Source of the DNA: Candidatus Forterrea sp.
Lineage (GTDB): Archaea; Iainarchaeota; Iainarchaeia; Iainarchaeales; JAAZKV01
Direction of reading: 5' to 3'
NCBI GenBank assembly: GCA_020717885.1
Contig: DYDN01000001.1
Coordinates: 1 to 29,048, forward strand
Length of the DNA stretch: 29,048 nt
Part shown: one piece after another, positions 1 through 7,777 of the stretch
How positions within the stretch are numbered: the stretch's first letter is position 1
How the letters are laid out: the number at the start of each line of letters is the position of its first letter
Program-made: the position numbers and the translations under genes
The notes under the pieces: generated by a model
What the model was told of the DNA's origin: nothing
Databases searched by the model: none
The model's input: only the letters and a program-made list of their open reading frames with translations

Positions 1-159
1 AAAAACTGTGACAATCAAAGCACTAGCATACAATATTGAACACATCGGACGAATCATAAAAATTTGGCTTTACCTAGAAATCCAATAGGATTTCTACACC
101 GCCGCTCGTAAGCCAATTATTAAATATTCATTTGCTTTTATTGTTTAACGGGTGCAGAT

Positions 160-876
160 ATGCTTGAACTAAAAAACACTTCTTTTTTCCGCTCAGCAGT
201 GGAATCAATCTCCGCGTTTGTTCCGGAAGGAAATTTTCGTTTCTCTGATAAAGGAATTTTCTTTAAAGCAATTGACCCAAGCCAAGTAGTTCTTGTGGAT
301 TATTTTGTTGACAAAAAATGTTTTGACAAATATATGATTGAACCGAATTTTGTCGGGGTTGATTTGACAGAGCTAACAAAAATCCTTTCGCGCGTTATGC
401 CAAATGATAAAATGATTCTTGATATTTCAGATGCAGAGTTAAAAGTTCGTTTCGAATCAGAGATAAAAAGAAATTTTCGCTTACCTTTGATTGATGTTCC
501 TGATGAGGACCCAAAAGTTCCTGCGCTTGAGTATGAGGCAAAGGTAGAACTCCTCGCAATTTCATTAAAAGAAATTCTAAAGGATGCTTCACTTTTTGGA
601 AGTAGTATTGTGTTGAAGGTTTCTGAAGGAAAGTTCTTTGTTGAGGCGAAGGGCTCGCATGGTGTAATGGATGCGGAAGTAACAAAAGTATCACACATCG
701 CCTCAAAGAAAGAAGTTACCGCAAAATTCTCACTCAATTTCCTCCAAAATATTGTGAAGCAGGCTGAGAATGAGAAACAAATCACAATAGAATTGAAGAA
801 TGACTCCGCAATGCGAGTATCATACGCAATTGGCCCAAGCAGAATTGTTTTCTATTTAGCGCATATGATACTTTAG
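160..876 (+). CDS. pcn: DNA polymerase sliding clamp PCNA
   Basis: 238 aa; GIFFKAIDPSQVVLVD, FRLPLID, VTAKFSLNFL and FYLAH motifs typical of PCNA; first gene of a replication cluster. Confidence 0.95.
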   Translation: MLELKNTSFFRSAVESISAFVPEGNFRFSDKGIFFKAIDPSQVVLVDYFVDKKCFDKYMIEPNFVGVDLTELTKILSRVMPNDKMILDISDAELKVRFESEIKRNFRLPLIDVPDEDPKVPALEYEAKVELLAISLKEILKDASLFGSSIVLKVSEGKFFVEAKGSHGVMDAEVTKVSHIASKKEVTAKFSLNFLQNIVKQAENEKQITIELKNDSAMRVSYAIGPSRIVFYLAHMIL

Positions 877-975
877 GACTGCGTGCATCCTATCAGCGCC
901 ACCTCGTTTGCTTATTTCTTTTCCCAGCAATGTGCTTCCCTTATTTATTTAATGCTTTCCAAAGGAGTGTTATTC

Positions 976-2022
976 ATGGAGAAGCTTGTTTTTGCTCAAA
1001 AATTCCCTTTTTCCCAAACTGCGAGAAATTACTTAAAGCAAATTAATATTGACATGAACAAGCTTCCTGAGAGTGCGATTAAGCGTGCGGCGCTGATGGT
1101 GTCAAAGGCATTCTCTAGCGCAAACTATAGTTTTGATCCGATTAATGCTTCAAATGATTTATACGAGACAGAATTAATTGCTTTTCCAATAGCAAAAATG
1201 TTTGTTTCACTAATGCGTGCCTCAAATATGCGCGAGAAATTTTCAAAAATGATTCAGAAGAATGTTTTCTTGGAATTAATTGATGCGCAGAAATCAAAAG
1301 ATTTGATGCTTGAGCTGGCTGACGATTTGAAAATTAATTATTCTCTTTCTGAAGAAGATGGTTTTTTTGCTGAAGTTCCCTTGCTTACTTATCTTGGAGT
1401 ATATTTTGTTGATCCAGAAACAAAACTAATGAATAAGCCTCTTATAAAGGGAAAAGTTCTTTTAACAGAAAATGATTTTGCGCGTTTCATTTCCGAAGTC
1501 GCTTATGCAAAAGTATTTTCTTCTCTTCCGATTGATAAAATCCAAATACCAAAGGAGCTTTTGTCGCTCTCAAAGAGCATTGATTCGCAGCTTGTTGTAA
1601 TTGAGAAGAAGAATTTTGATGCGAAGATGCTTGGTAAAATTGATCCGAATCTTTTCCCGCCTTGTATGAGCGCGCTTTACACTGAACAGCTCGCGGGTAA
1701 GAAATTAAGTTATTTTGCGCGTCTTGCGCTTGTGTCTTTCCTTTACAAACTCGGGATGTCAAAAACAGAATTACTCTCCCTGCTTGCAAAGAGCCCTGAT
1801 TTTGATAAGAATATTGCGGAGTACCACGTTAATAGAATTTTTGACAAGGATCTTTCTCCCCCTGGGCACAAAAAAATTGAGGAATACGCTCTCGCCACTC
1901 CCGCATGTGTAAAAGAGTGTCGCGGTCGTCACCCGGTTCAGTATTATATCTCAAAACTTCGTGTGAGCAATCGAATGAGGAACATAAAAAAAGATGTGGC
2001 GGTGGGAAAAGATGTATCCTGA
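976..2022 (+). CDS. priL: DNA primase large subunit PriL
   Basis: FPPCM, PDFD and HPVQYY motifs of the PriL C-terminal domain. The ATG at 976 follows AGGAGTG, so it is preferred over the GTG at 883. Overlaps priS by 11 nt. Confidence 0.9.
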   Translation: MEKLVFAQKFPFSQTARNYLKQINIDMNKLPESAIKRAALMVSKAFSSANYSFDPINASNDLYETELIAFPIAKMFVSLMRASNMREKFSKMIQKNVFLELIDAQKSKDLMLELADDLKINYSLSEEDGFFAEVPLLTYLGVYFVDPETKLMNKPLIKGKVLLTENDFARFISEVAYAKVFSSLPIDKIQIPKELLSLSKSIDSQLVVIEKKNFDAKMLGKIDPNLFPPCMSALYTEQLAGKKLSYFARLALVSFLYKLGMSKTELLSLLAKSPDFDKNIAEYHVNRIFDKDLSPPGHKKIEEYALATPACVKECRGRHPVQYYISKLRVSNRMRNIKKDVAVGKDVS

Positions 2023-3175
2023 GCAAAATTCCAAAGAAGCATTATTCCTGCATAAGAATTTTGCCTCGTTTTATCAAAAAAACAAAATTGTTTCAGTTCC
2101 AGAGGTAAATCACAGAGAATTTGGTTTTGGCTTGTTTAAGAAAAAGATTGCGAATAGAAATATGTCCTTTTCCTCTGAAGGGGAAATGAACTCATTTTTG
2201 CGCGAGAGCGCCCCGCTTTTCTTTTCTTACTCAAATGCGTATTATAGTTTTCCTGCCCGCACTCCAACAACCGCCAAAGAATTAATTGGCGCGGATATTA
2301 TTTACGAATTTGATGCTGATGAGCTTGGGCTTGAAGTTGAGGAGATTAATGGCGTGCAGTGGTTTGAACCTCGTCACCTTGAGGAAGCAAAGAAACAGGT
2401 ATTCCGTTTAATTGATTTTATAGAAAACGACTTTGGTTTCCCTGCTAGCGAATTAAAAATTAATTTTTCAGGCAAAGCGGGTTTTCATGTTCACTTGCGT
2501 TCTGAGAGCATAAAGCATCTCAATAAGCAAGCAAGAATCGAACTTGTTGATTATCTTACTGGCCACAATTTGGATTTTGAGAAGCTGGGGTTCGACTTTA
2601 AAAAACACTATGGTCCGCTTGTAAAAAATGCGAAAGGGTTGTGGCAGAAGCGTCTCCTTTCTGGAATAAAAACTTATTTTGAGAACGATTCAAAAGTAAT
2701 CGCGAAAGTTTGTGGCGCTCCGCCAAAAAAACTTGCTCTTCTTACTGCTGATAAAAAGAAATTATTTGATTCTTTTGACAAGGGTCTCCTTCCTCGTCTT
2801 GATGGTAAGAAAAGTTCCGAGTTTTGGAAGAATGTGCTTAATGAAGTTCTCAAAGTGCAGCGTTCCCCGATTGATAGACAGACTAGTGTTGATTTGAGTA
2901 AAATTATTCGTGTACCTGAAACCCTTCATGGTGACACGGGGATGATTGCAAGAACAATTCCTCTTGAGAAACTTAAAGATTTTGATCCATTTATTGACGC
3001 GGTTGTGTTTGATGAGAAATTCTCTTCCGAGGGTGTGAAGGTGCATGTAATCAAAGCCCCAAAGTTCTCGTTGATGGGAAAAGAGTTCGGCCCGTACGAG
3101 GGCGTGGATGAAGTTTTGCCTCTGTTCGCCGCGATTTTCTTAATTGGTAAGGGCGCGGCGGTTCTTAGGCAGTAA
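2012..3175 (+). CDS. priS: DNA primase small (catalytic) subunit PriS
   Basis: REFGF, IYEFDAD (catalytic DxD), FSGKAGFHVH and IDRQTSVDLSKIIRVPETLHGDTG motifs; ATG at 2012 follows GGTGGG. Confidence 0.95.
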   Translation: MYPEQNSKEALFLHKNFASFYQKNKIVSVPEVNHREFGFGLFKKKIANRNMSFSSEGEMNSFLRESAPLFFSYSNAYYSFPARTPTTAKELIGADIIYEFDADELGLEVEEINGVQWFEPRHLEEAKKQVFRLIDFIENDFGFPASELKINFSGKAGFHVHLRSESIKHLNKQARIELVDYLTGHNLDFEKLGFDFKKHYGPLVKNAKGLWQKRLLSGIKTYFENDSKVIAKVCGAPPKKLALLTADKKKLFDSFDKGLLPRLDGKKSSEFWKNVLNEVLKVQRSPIDRQTSVDLSKIIRVPETLHGDTGMIARTIPLEKLKDFDPFIDAVVFDEKFSSEGVKVHVIKAPKFSLMGKEFGPYEGVDEVLPLFAAIFLIGKGAAVLRQ

Positions 3176-3266
3176 CTTCTTCTGCATAAGCCCCAATTGG
3201 TTTTTTTCTTTTGCTTTAGGGCGAAGTTTTTAAGTAGTTCGTTCGTGTTTATTTTGGGTTTGGGGT

Positions 3267-3803
3267 ATGAGAATTGATTATGACGAATTGAGGCGTATTC
3301 ATCGCCTTGAGAAGAACACTTCTAAATTAGTTGAGGTTGATGGGGATTTTATTGATTCTCTTGAAGAGTTTGTTGCGGTTGAGAAGAAAAAGTATCTTGC
3401 TTCTTTAAAGGAATTCTCAGCTTCTGATGCAAGGGAGTTCACTAATCTTAAGCGTGTGATTGAGGAAATATTCTTGATGCGTGAAAAAAAACTTTTGAAT
3501 AAGGCGCTCATTTCTTCTCACACAAAGGAAGTTGATGGGGAGAAGATGGCGAGTCAGGAGAAGGAGACATTCAAAAAACTTTTGCGCAACCTTGAGGAGC
3601 ATTACTCTATTTACGAATCACTTTTTGGCGAAAAGGAGAGGCGGGAGAGCGAGGCTGTTCGCGTTTCAATAATAAAAGATGTTCCTACTTTTGTTGGGAC
3701 GGATATGAAAGAGTATGGGCCTTTTAAAAGTGGTCAAGTTGTTGAGCTTCCCGCAAAGATTGCGAAGTTATTTATTTCGAGGAAGATTGCGGAAGAGAAG
3801 TAA
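3267..3803 (+). CDS. GINS complex protein (Gins15/Gins51-like)
   Basis: Helical A domain followed by a C-terminal B domain (IIKDVPTFVGTDMKEYGPFKSGQVVELP); syntenic after priS. Confidence 0.85.
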   Translation: MRIDYDELRRIHRLEKNTSKLVEVDGDFIDSLEEFVAVEKKKYLASLKEFSASDAREFTNLKRVIEEIFLMREKKLLNKALISSHTKEVDGEKMASQEKETFKKLLRNLEEHYSIYESLFGEKERRESEAVRVSIIKDVPTFVGTDMKEYGPFKSGQVVELPAKIAKLFISRKIAEEK

Positions 3804-3898
3804 TCTTCGAGTTATTTTTTATTTCTCAAAATATTGGACAATTCTTCGATTGAGGCACTTTTTTAAGGGTTTTTGAGGACTTTTTCTTTGTTGATAAT

Positions 3899-4660
3899 AT
3901 GGAATACCCCGCTAGAGATGATTTTGTTGTTGTGAAGGTTTCACAGATACTTGATTATGGTGCGTTTGTTGATTTGCTTGAGTATAAGAACGCGCGCGGG
4001 TTTGTTCACATTAGTAATGTTTCAAGCTCTTGGGTAAAAAATATTAGAAATTTTGTTAAAATTAATCAGGTTCGCGTTGCAAAGGTACTGAATGTTGATA
4101 TTGAGAAGCGCCAAATTGATCTCTCGTTTGCTGGAGTAAATCCGATGAGAGAGAGGCAGGTTCTTTCGCAGTTTAAGCAAATTAACCGCGAAGAAAAATT
4201 AATTGAGGTTCTTGCAAAACAAACTGGAAAACCATTTAATGAAGTTTGGGCTGCGGTTGCGGAGCCACTAATGCAGGAGAAGGGAACTCTTTCTGATGCA
4301 TTTGAAAAAATCGCTCTTGGGTATGATCCTTCAAAGGAACTCGCAAAGGAATGGATTGCCCCTGTAAAAGAAATGATTGAGAAGAATATTGTTGTTTCAA
4401 AGAAAGAGCTTTCGGGGCTGTTGAAAGTTAAATCTCTGTCCTCAAATGGTCTTTCTGACGTAAAGGAAATTATTGGTTCCGCCGAAGGTATTAAGGGCTG
4501 CGGAATTACTTACGCGGGCGGGGGGGCGTATAATGTTGCTTGTGCTGGTTTAACATTTAAGGAAGCTGATAAGATTATAACTTCCGCAATGAATGCCGCT
4601 GAAGTAAAAGCAAAGAAACTTGGGGCAACTTTTGAGTTTAAGCGCGCAGAGAAGAAGTAA
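3899..4660 (+). CDS. eif2a: Translation initiation factor aIF2 alpha subunit
   Basis: S1 domain YGAFVDLLEY...GFVHISNVSSSWVKNIRNFVK; DLS motif; C-terminal alpha/beta domain. Confidence 0.95.
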   Translation: MEYPARDDFVVVKVSQILDYGAFVDLLEYKNARGFVHISNVSSSWVKNIRNFVKINQVRVAKVLNVDIEKRQIDLSFAGVNPMRERQVLSQFKQINREEKLIEVLAKQTGKPFNEVWAAVAEPLMQEKGTLSDAFEKIALGYDPSKELAKEWIAPVKEMIEKNIVVSKKELSGLLKVKSLSSNGLSDVKEIIGSAEGIKGCGITYAGGGAYNVACAGLTFKEADKIITSAMNAAEVKAKKLGATFEFKRAEKK

Positions 4661-4756
4661 TTTTTTTAATGAATTTAGCCAGTCAAGGCGTGCTTCAAAA
4701 TTACCCCCCCAAAACTTTACCAGAGCTTTTTATTCCTTTTCATTAGGTATTCTTTT

Positions 4757-5536
4757 ATGCCCACAAAGATTCTTGTTCTAAAGAAGGTTCAATTCAAGGA
4801 CGCTGTATTAATTGTCGGCTTGCCCGGTATTGGTTTAGTTGGCAAAATCGCGGTTGATTATATGCTTAAGCAGCTAAAGACCGAAAGAATGGCAGAAGTA
4901 TTATCAGATTCTTTTCCTCCAAGTGTTCACACTAAAGATTCAAAAATTTCTTTAATTAAGGATGATGTTTTTCATTTGAATTTTAAGGGAAAAGATTTTC
5001 TTTTCCTTGCAGGTCCAATTCAGCCCGCTCTTGATTTTAAAATAAGTTCTTCACACGAGCATTATGAATTTTCAGAAACGCTTGTTGGATTTTTCAAAAG
5101 CATTGGAGTAAATGAAATAATTACTCTTGCTGGAATTAATGTAGGGGATAATAGATTAAACAAAAAACCCGAGGTAATTGTTGCTGCGATTGATGATGTT
5201 TCGCTTGAGACTTGGAAGAAACTTGGTGCAAAAGAGGATAAGAAGGAAGGACTAATTTCTGGCGCGGCAGGATTATTAGTTGGTGTTGCAAGATTGCACG
5301 GGATAAAAGGAGCATGCTTAATGGGCGAAACAAACCCGCAGCTCGTTTACGGGGATCATGGGAGCGCAAAGCAAATAATTGAGCTCCTCTCAAAGCGCTT
5401 TGGTTTTGGAACAAAAATGAAGAGCATAGAAAAAGAAGCAAAGACAATTGAGAAAGCGTTTAAAGAATTAAACAGTACTCTTGAGCCCGCAATTGAAGAA
5501 GAGAAATCAGAGAATGGTTTGAGTTACGTAAGGTGA
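4757..5536 (+). CDS. PAC2-family proteasome assembly chaperone
   Basis: IVGLPGIGLVGKIAVDY, ISGAAGLL and CLMGET motifs; conserved position after aIF2-alpha. Confidence 0.9.
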   Translation: MPTKILVLKKVQFKDAVLIVGLPGIGLVGKIAVDYMLKQLKTERMAEVLSDSFPPSVHTKDSKISLIKDDVFHLNFKGKDFLFLAGPIQPALDFKISSSHEHYEFSETLVGFFKSIGVNEIITLAGINVGDNRLNKKPEVIVAAIDDVSLETWKKLGAKEDKKEGLISGAAGLLVGVARLHGIKGACLMGETNPQLVYGDHGSAKQIIELLSKRFGFGTKMKSIEKEAKTIEKAFKELNSTLEPAIEEEKSENGLSYVR

Positions 5537-5556
5537 AGTAAGACCTCAAACAATAA

Positions 5557-6165
5557 TTAAAAATTTCCTAAACTAGTTTGTTTCTTCTTATCTTTTTTTT
5601 CATTTAGTAGTGATTTGAGTTTCACAAGTTCCTCTAAACCCTTTCTACCGTTTCTCAAATGGTACGCGGGGTGGTAAAGAAAGTGCATTTTTTTTCCTAA
5701 GTGTTCTCGTGTCTCTCCAACGCGCATCGCTTCAAGCCCGAACGCGCGCGCCGCACTTTTTCCAAGAAGAACAATTAATTCAGGGTTAATTGCGTTAATC
5801 ATTTTCATTGTGAGGGGTAAGAAGTAATCAATTTCTTGTTGTGTTGGTGGCCGAATCTTCTTCTCTTCGCTTAGTGGAATTATTGGCACAACATTCATTA
5901 TTGCGTAATCCTCTTTTCCCAGTTCCATATCCTTTACCCATTCTTCAAGCAAAGAACCGCTTCTCCCGACAAATGGTTTTCCTTTTTCATTCTCGCTAAA
6001 CCCCGGCGCCTCTCCGATGAAAAGTATTTTTGCGGTTTCTTCCCCTCTGCCAAAAACAATATGCCCGTTTGTATCAGTCACATTCTTGTAGAGGGCATGA
6101 GCTTTCGCATGCGCAATAAGTTCTTCTCGCACCGCGGCAAGTTTTGTGCTTTCATTTAGTTCCAT
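5557..6165 (-). CDS. udg: Uracil-DNA glycosylase, family 4-like, lacking Fe-S cysteines; C-terminal PIP box
   Basis: LFIGEAPGFSE, PFVGRSG, RPPT and YHPAY motifs; no Cys in the protein; ends QTSLGNF. Confidence 0.88.
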   Translation of the reverse strand: MELNESTKLAAVREELIAHAKAHALYKNVTDTNGHIVFGRGEETAKILFIGEAPGFSENEKGKPFVGRSGSLLEEWVKDMELGKEDYAIMNVVPIIPLSEEKKIRPPTQQEIDYFLPLTMKMINAINPELIVLLGKSAARAFGLEAMRVGETREHLGKKMHFLYHPAYHLRNGRKGLEELVKLKSLLNEKKDKKKQTSLGNF

Positions 6166-6222
6166 AACTTATTCCCATAGCAAAGAATTAAAGAATGTTT
6201 TTGCTTGGACAAACATTTTCAT

Positions 6223-6558
6223 TTAAACTAAAAGTCCAAAGAATTTGAGGAGAAGCATCGCCCCTATTCCCGCGGGTCCGAAGAGTACCGAGATAACAAA
6301 GCTTGGGACGAGGGGGAGTTGTACGTGGAAAATGTAGATGCTCACAAACCAAATGATTCCGCCGAGTATGCTGTTAGTGATTATTTTTTTTAGGAAGAAG
6401 AAAAGAAATATTGTTGCCGCGATGAGCACGATTGCAATTATTAGTACTGTTGGGTTGCCTACTAGGCTTAGTCCGATGTTTGTGGCGTCCGTTACAGGTT
6501 GGTTAAAGTTTATTCCTTTCGCAAAGTCGCTGAAGAGGTCCAAAATCACTATGCTCAT
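6223..6558 (-). CDS. Small membrane protein, BofA-like
   Basis: 111 aa with about three hydrophobic segments; NSILG...VISVLFGPAG pattern resembles the BofA family. Confidence 0.5.
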   Translation of the reverse strand: MSIVILDLFSDFAKGINFNQPVTDATNIGLSLVGNPTVLIIAIVLIAATIFLFFFLKKIITNSILGGIIWFVSIYIFHVQLPLVPSFVISVLFGPAGIGAMLLLKFFGLLV

Positions 6559-6647
6559 GCAGAATTATTGCATTATAGTTTTTTTAAAGCCATTGCACCA
6601 AAAACAGGTTTTTAAATTGAAGAGTGCGTGTTTATTTCTGTGATGGC

Positions 6648-7283
6648 ATGCCGAAGTTTTCTGATGAGCAAAAAAAGATTGCACTATTGTTGCTCTCCGA
6701 GCCAAAAACCGAGGAGGAGCTTCACAAGCAACTCAACCTTCCTTACGATAAGCTCGGCGTTGAATTAAAGCAGATGCTGAAACTTAGTCTCGTTCTCAAA
6801 GAGGGTTACCCCACAAGGTATAGATTGAGGCAGGATATTATTGATGAGCTTCAGAAGAGAAAAAAGATTAGCGAAGAGGATAAATTTAAAATAAAACTTC
6901 GCGCAATGATTGAACTGCGCGCAGTTGAAGAGAATTTACTAAAAAAACACTTGGATAAGATTGGAGAAGCATTGAAGAAAGAAGAAAAATTCACTATCTA
7001 CGGATTGAATAATGCGCCAATTATTGAGGAGGGTGAGATGTATGCCTCTTTTGTTGAAGTAACTCTTACAGTAAAGGATTTCCCTGCGCTAGTAATGTTC
7101 CTTTTTTACTACGGCCCTACTTCAATTGAGGTAATTAAGCCCTCAAAAATAGAGTTTTCCCAGTACGAGTTCCAAGAAGGACTTGTTTCGCTCTCAGATA
7201 TTTTCCAAAAGTACGCTGATTACTTTTCAAAGAAGATGACTAAGGCAGAAGTGGATAAGTTCTACAAAGAAATCTACTCTTAA
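6648..7283 (+). CDS. Winged-helix domain fused to an uncharacterised DPANN-type alpha/beta domain
   Basis: N-terminal wHTH-like segment (EPKTEEELHKQLNLPYDKLGVELKQMLKLSLV...RYRL); C-terminal YASFVEV...YYGPTSIEVIKP pattern; ATG 6648 preferred over 6624. Confidence 0.55.
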   Translation: MPKFSDEQKKIALLLLSEPKTEEELHKQLNLPYDKLGVELKQMLKLSLVLKEGYPTRYRLRQDIIDELQKRKKISEEDKFKIKLRAMIELRAVEENLLKKHLDKIGEALKKEEKFTIYGLNNAPIIEEGEMYASFVEVTLTVKDFPALVMFLFYYGPTSIEVIKPSKIEFSQYEFQEGLVSLSDIFQKYADYFSKKMTKAEVDKFYKEIYS

Positions 7284-7573
7284 TTTACGTTGCCCACTAT
7301 AACTTGGTACTATACCCCTAAGAATTTCACAGCTAACTACTACTATTATTACTTTAATATAATTAAGGGCGGTAGGCTAACTCAGATTAACTAAATCTTT
7401 GTAGTACAATTCTGAATCAAACTTTTTTCGTCATTGACAATCAACGAATACATTTCCTTCACGATTTCTTTTGAGGTAAAACCCTTTATTCCTCTCACAA
7501 ACCCCTCTTTTTTGGCAAAGAATCTCCTTTTCCGTCAGTATGCCTTTCACTCAGAAGAACCACTCCTATTAGT

Positions 7574-7683
7574 CAATTGACGTAAGGGTTTTCTGGTATT
7601 GGCGTATTTTTTCCCTTGATGGGCCCAATTGACGTAAAGCGCTTCGTTTCGCCAAGGGAAACCTTTTAAAGGCAAAGACGTAA
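7574..7683 (+). repeat. Direct repeats CAATTGACGTAA (7574-7585, 7626-7637) plus core GACGTAA (7677-7683)
   Basis: Read directly from the sequence; GACGTAA cores are spaced 52 and 46 nt apart and flank the putative TATA box of the S-layer gene. Confidence 0.8.
7655..7670 (+). promoter_or_regulatory. Putative BRE/TATA promoter of the S-layer gene
   Basis: AAGGGAAA-CC-TTTTAAA fits archaeal BRE plus TATA about 110 nt upstream of the ATG; SD GAGGTGA at 7764-7770. Confidence 0.6.
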
Positions 7684-7777
7684 CTAGTAGTCATGCCTTA
7701 TAGCTTAGCCTAGCCGCATTGTTGGCGGCGTAGCTAAAGCATAAAGGAATTATTTTTCGTTATGAGGTGAAAAACGA

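Noticed and set aside
64-116. Possible tRNA or known riboswitch
   Set aside because: No cloverleaf, T-loop or recognisable riboswitch consensus; kept only as an unexplained hairpin
300-785. Antisense ORFs over pcn, and similar shadow ORFs over the S-layer gene, ppsA (19706-20500, 21512-22117), 24942-25445, 17089-17572 and 27442-27885
   Set aside because: They lie opposite well-supported genes, have no motifs, and are typical antisense-frame by-products
883-975. 31-codon N-terminal extension of PriL from GTG 883
   Set aside because: No PriL-like content, and there is a strong SD directly before ATG 976
4669-4746. 25-codon ORF MNLASQGVLQNYPPKTLPELFIPFH at the syntenic nop10 position; PPKTLPE resembles Nop10 PPKFSPE
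   Set aside because: No zinc-ribbon Cys and no basic C-terminus; the match rests on a C-run and could easily be chance
7391-7498. Minus-strand 35-aa ORF (VRGIKGFTSKEIVKE...) reminiscent of the IS200 TnpA KG.SS motif
   Set aside because: No HUH motif or catalytic Tyr region, and it is too short to support the call
7574-7683. Possible mini-CRISPR array
   Set aside because: The repeats are only 7-12 nt with three copies, and there are no cas genes in the window
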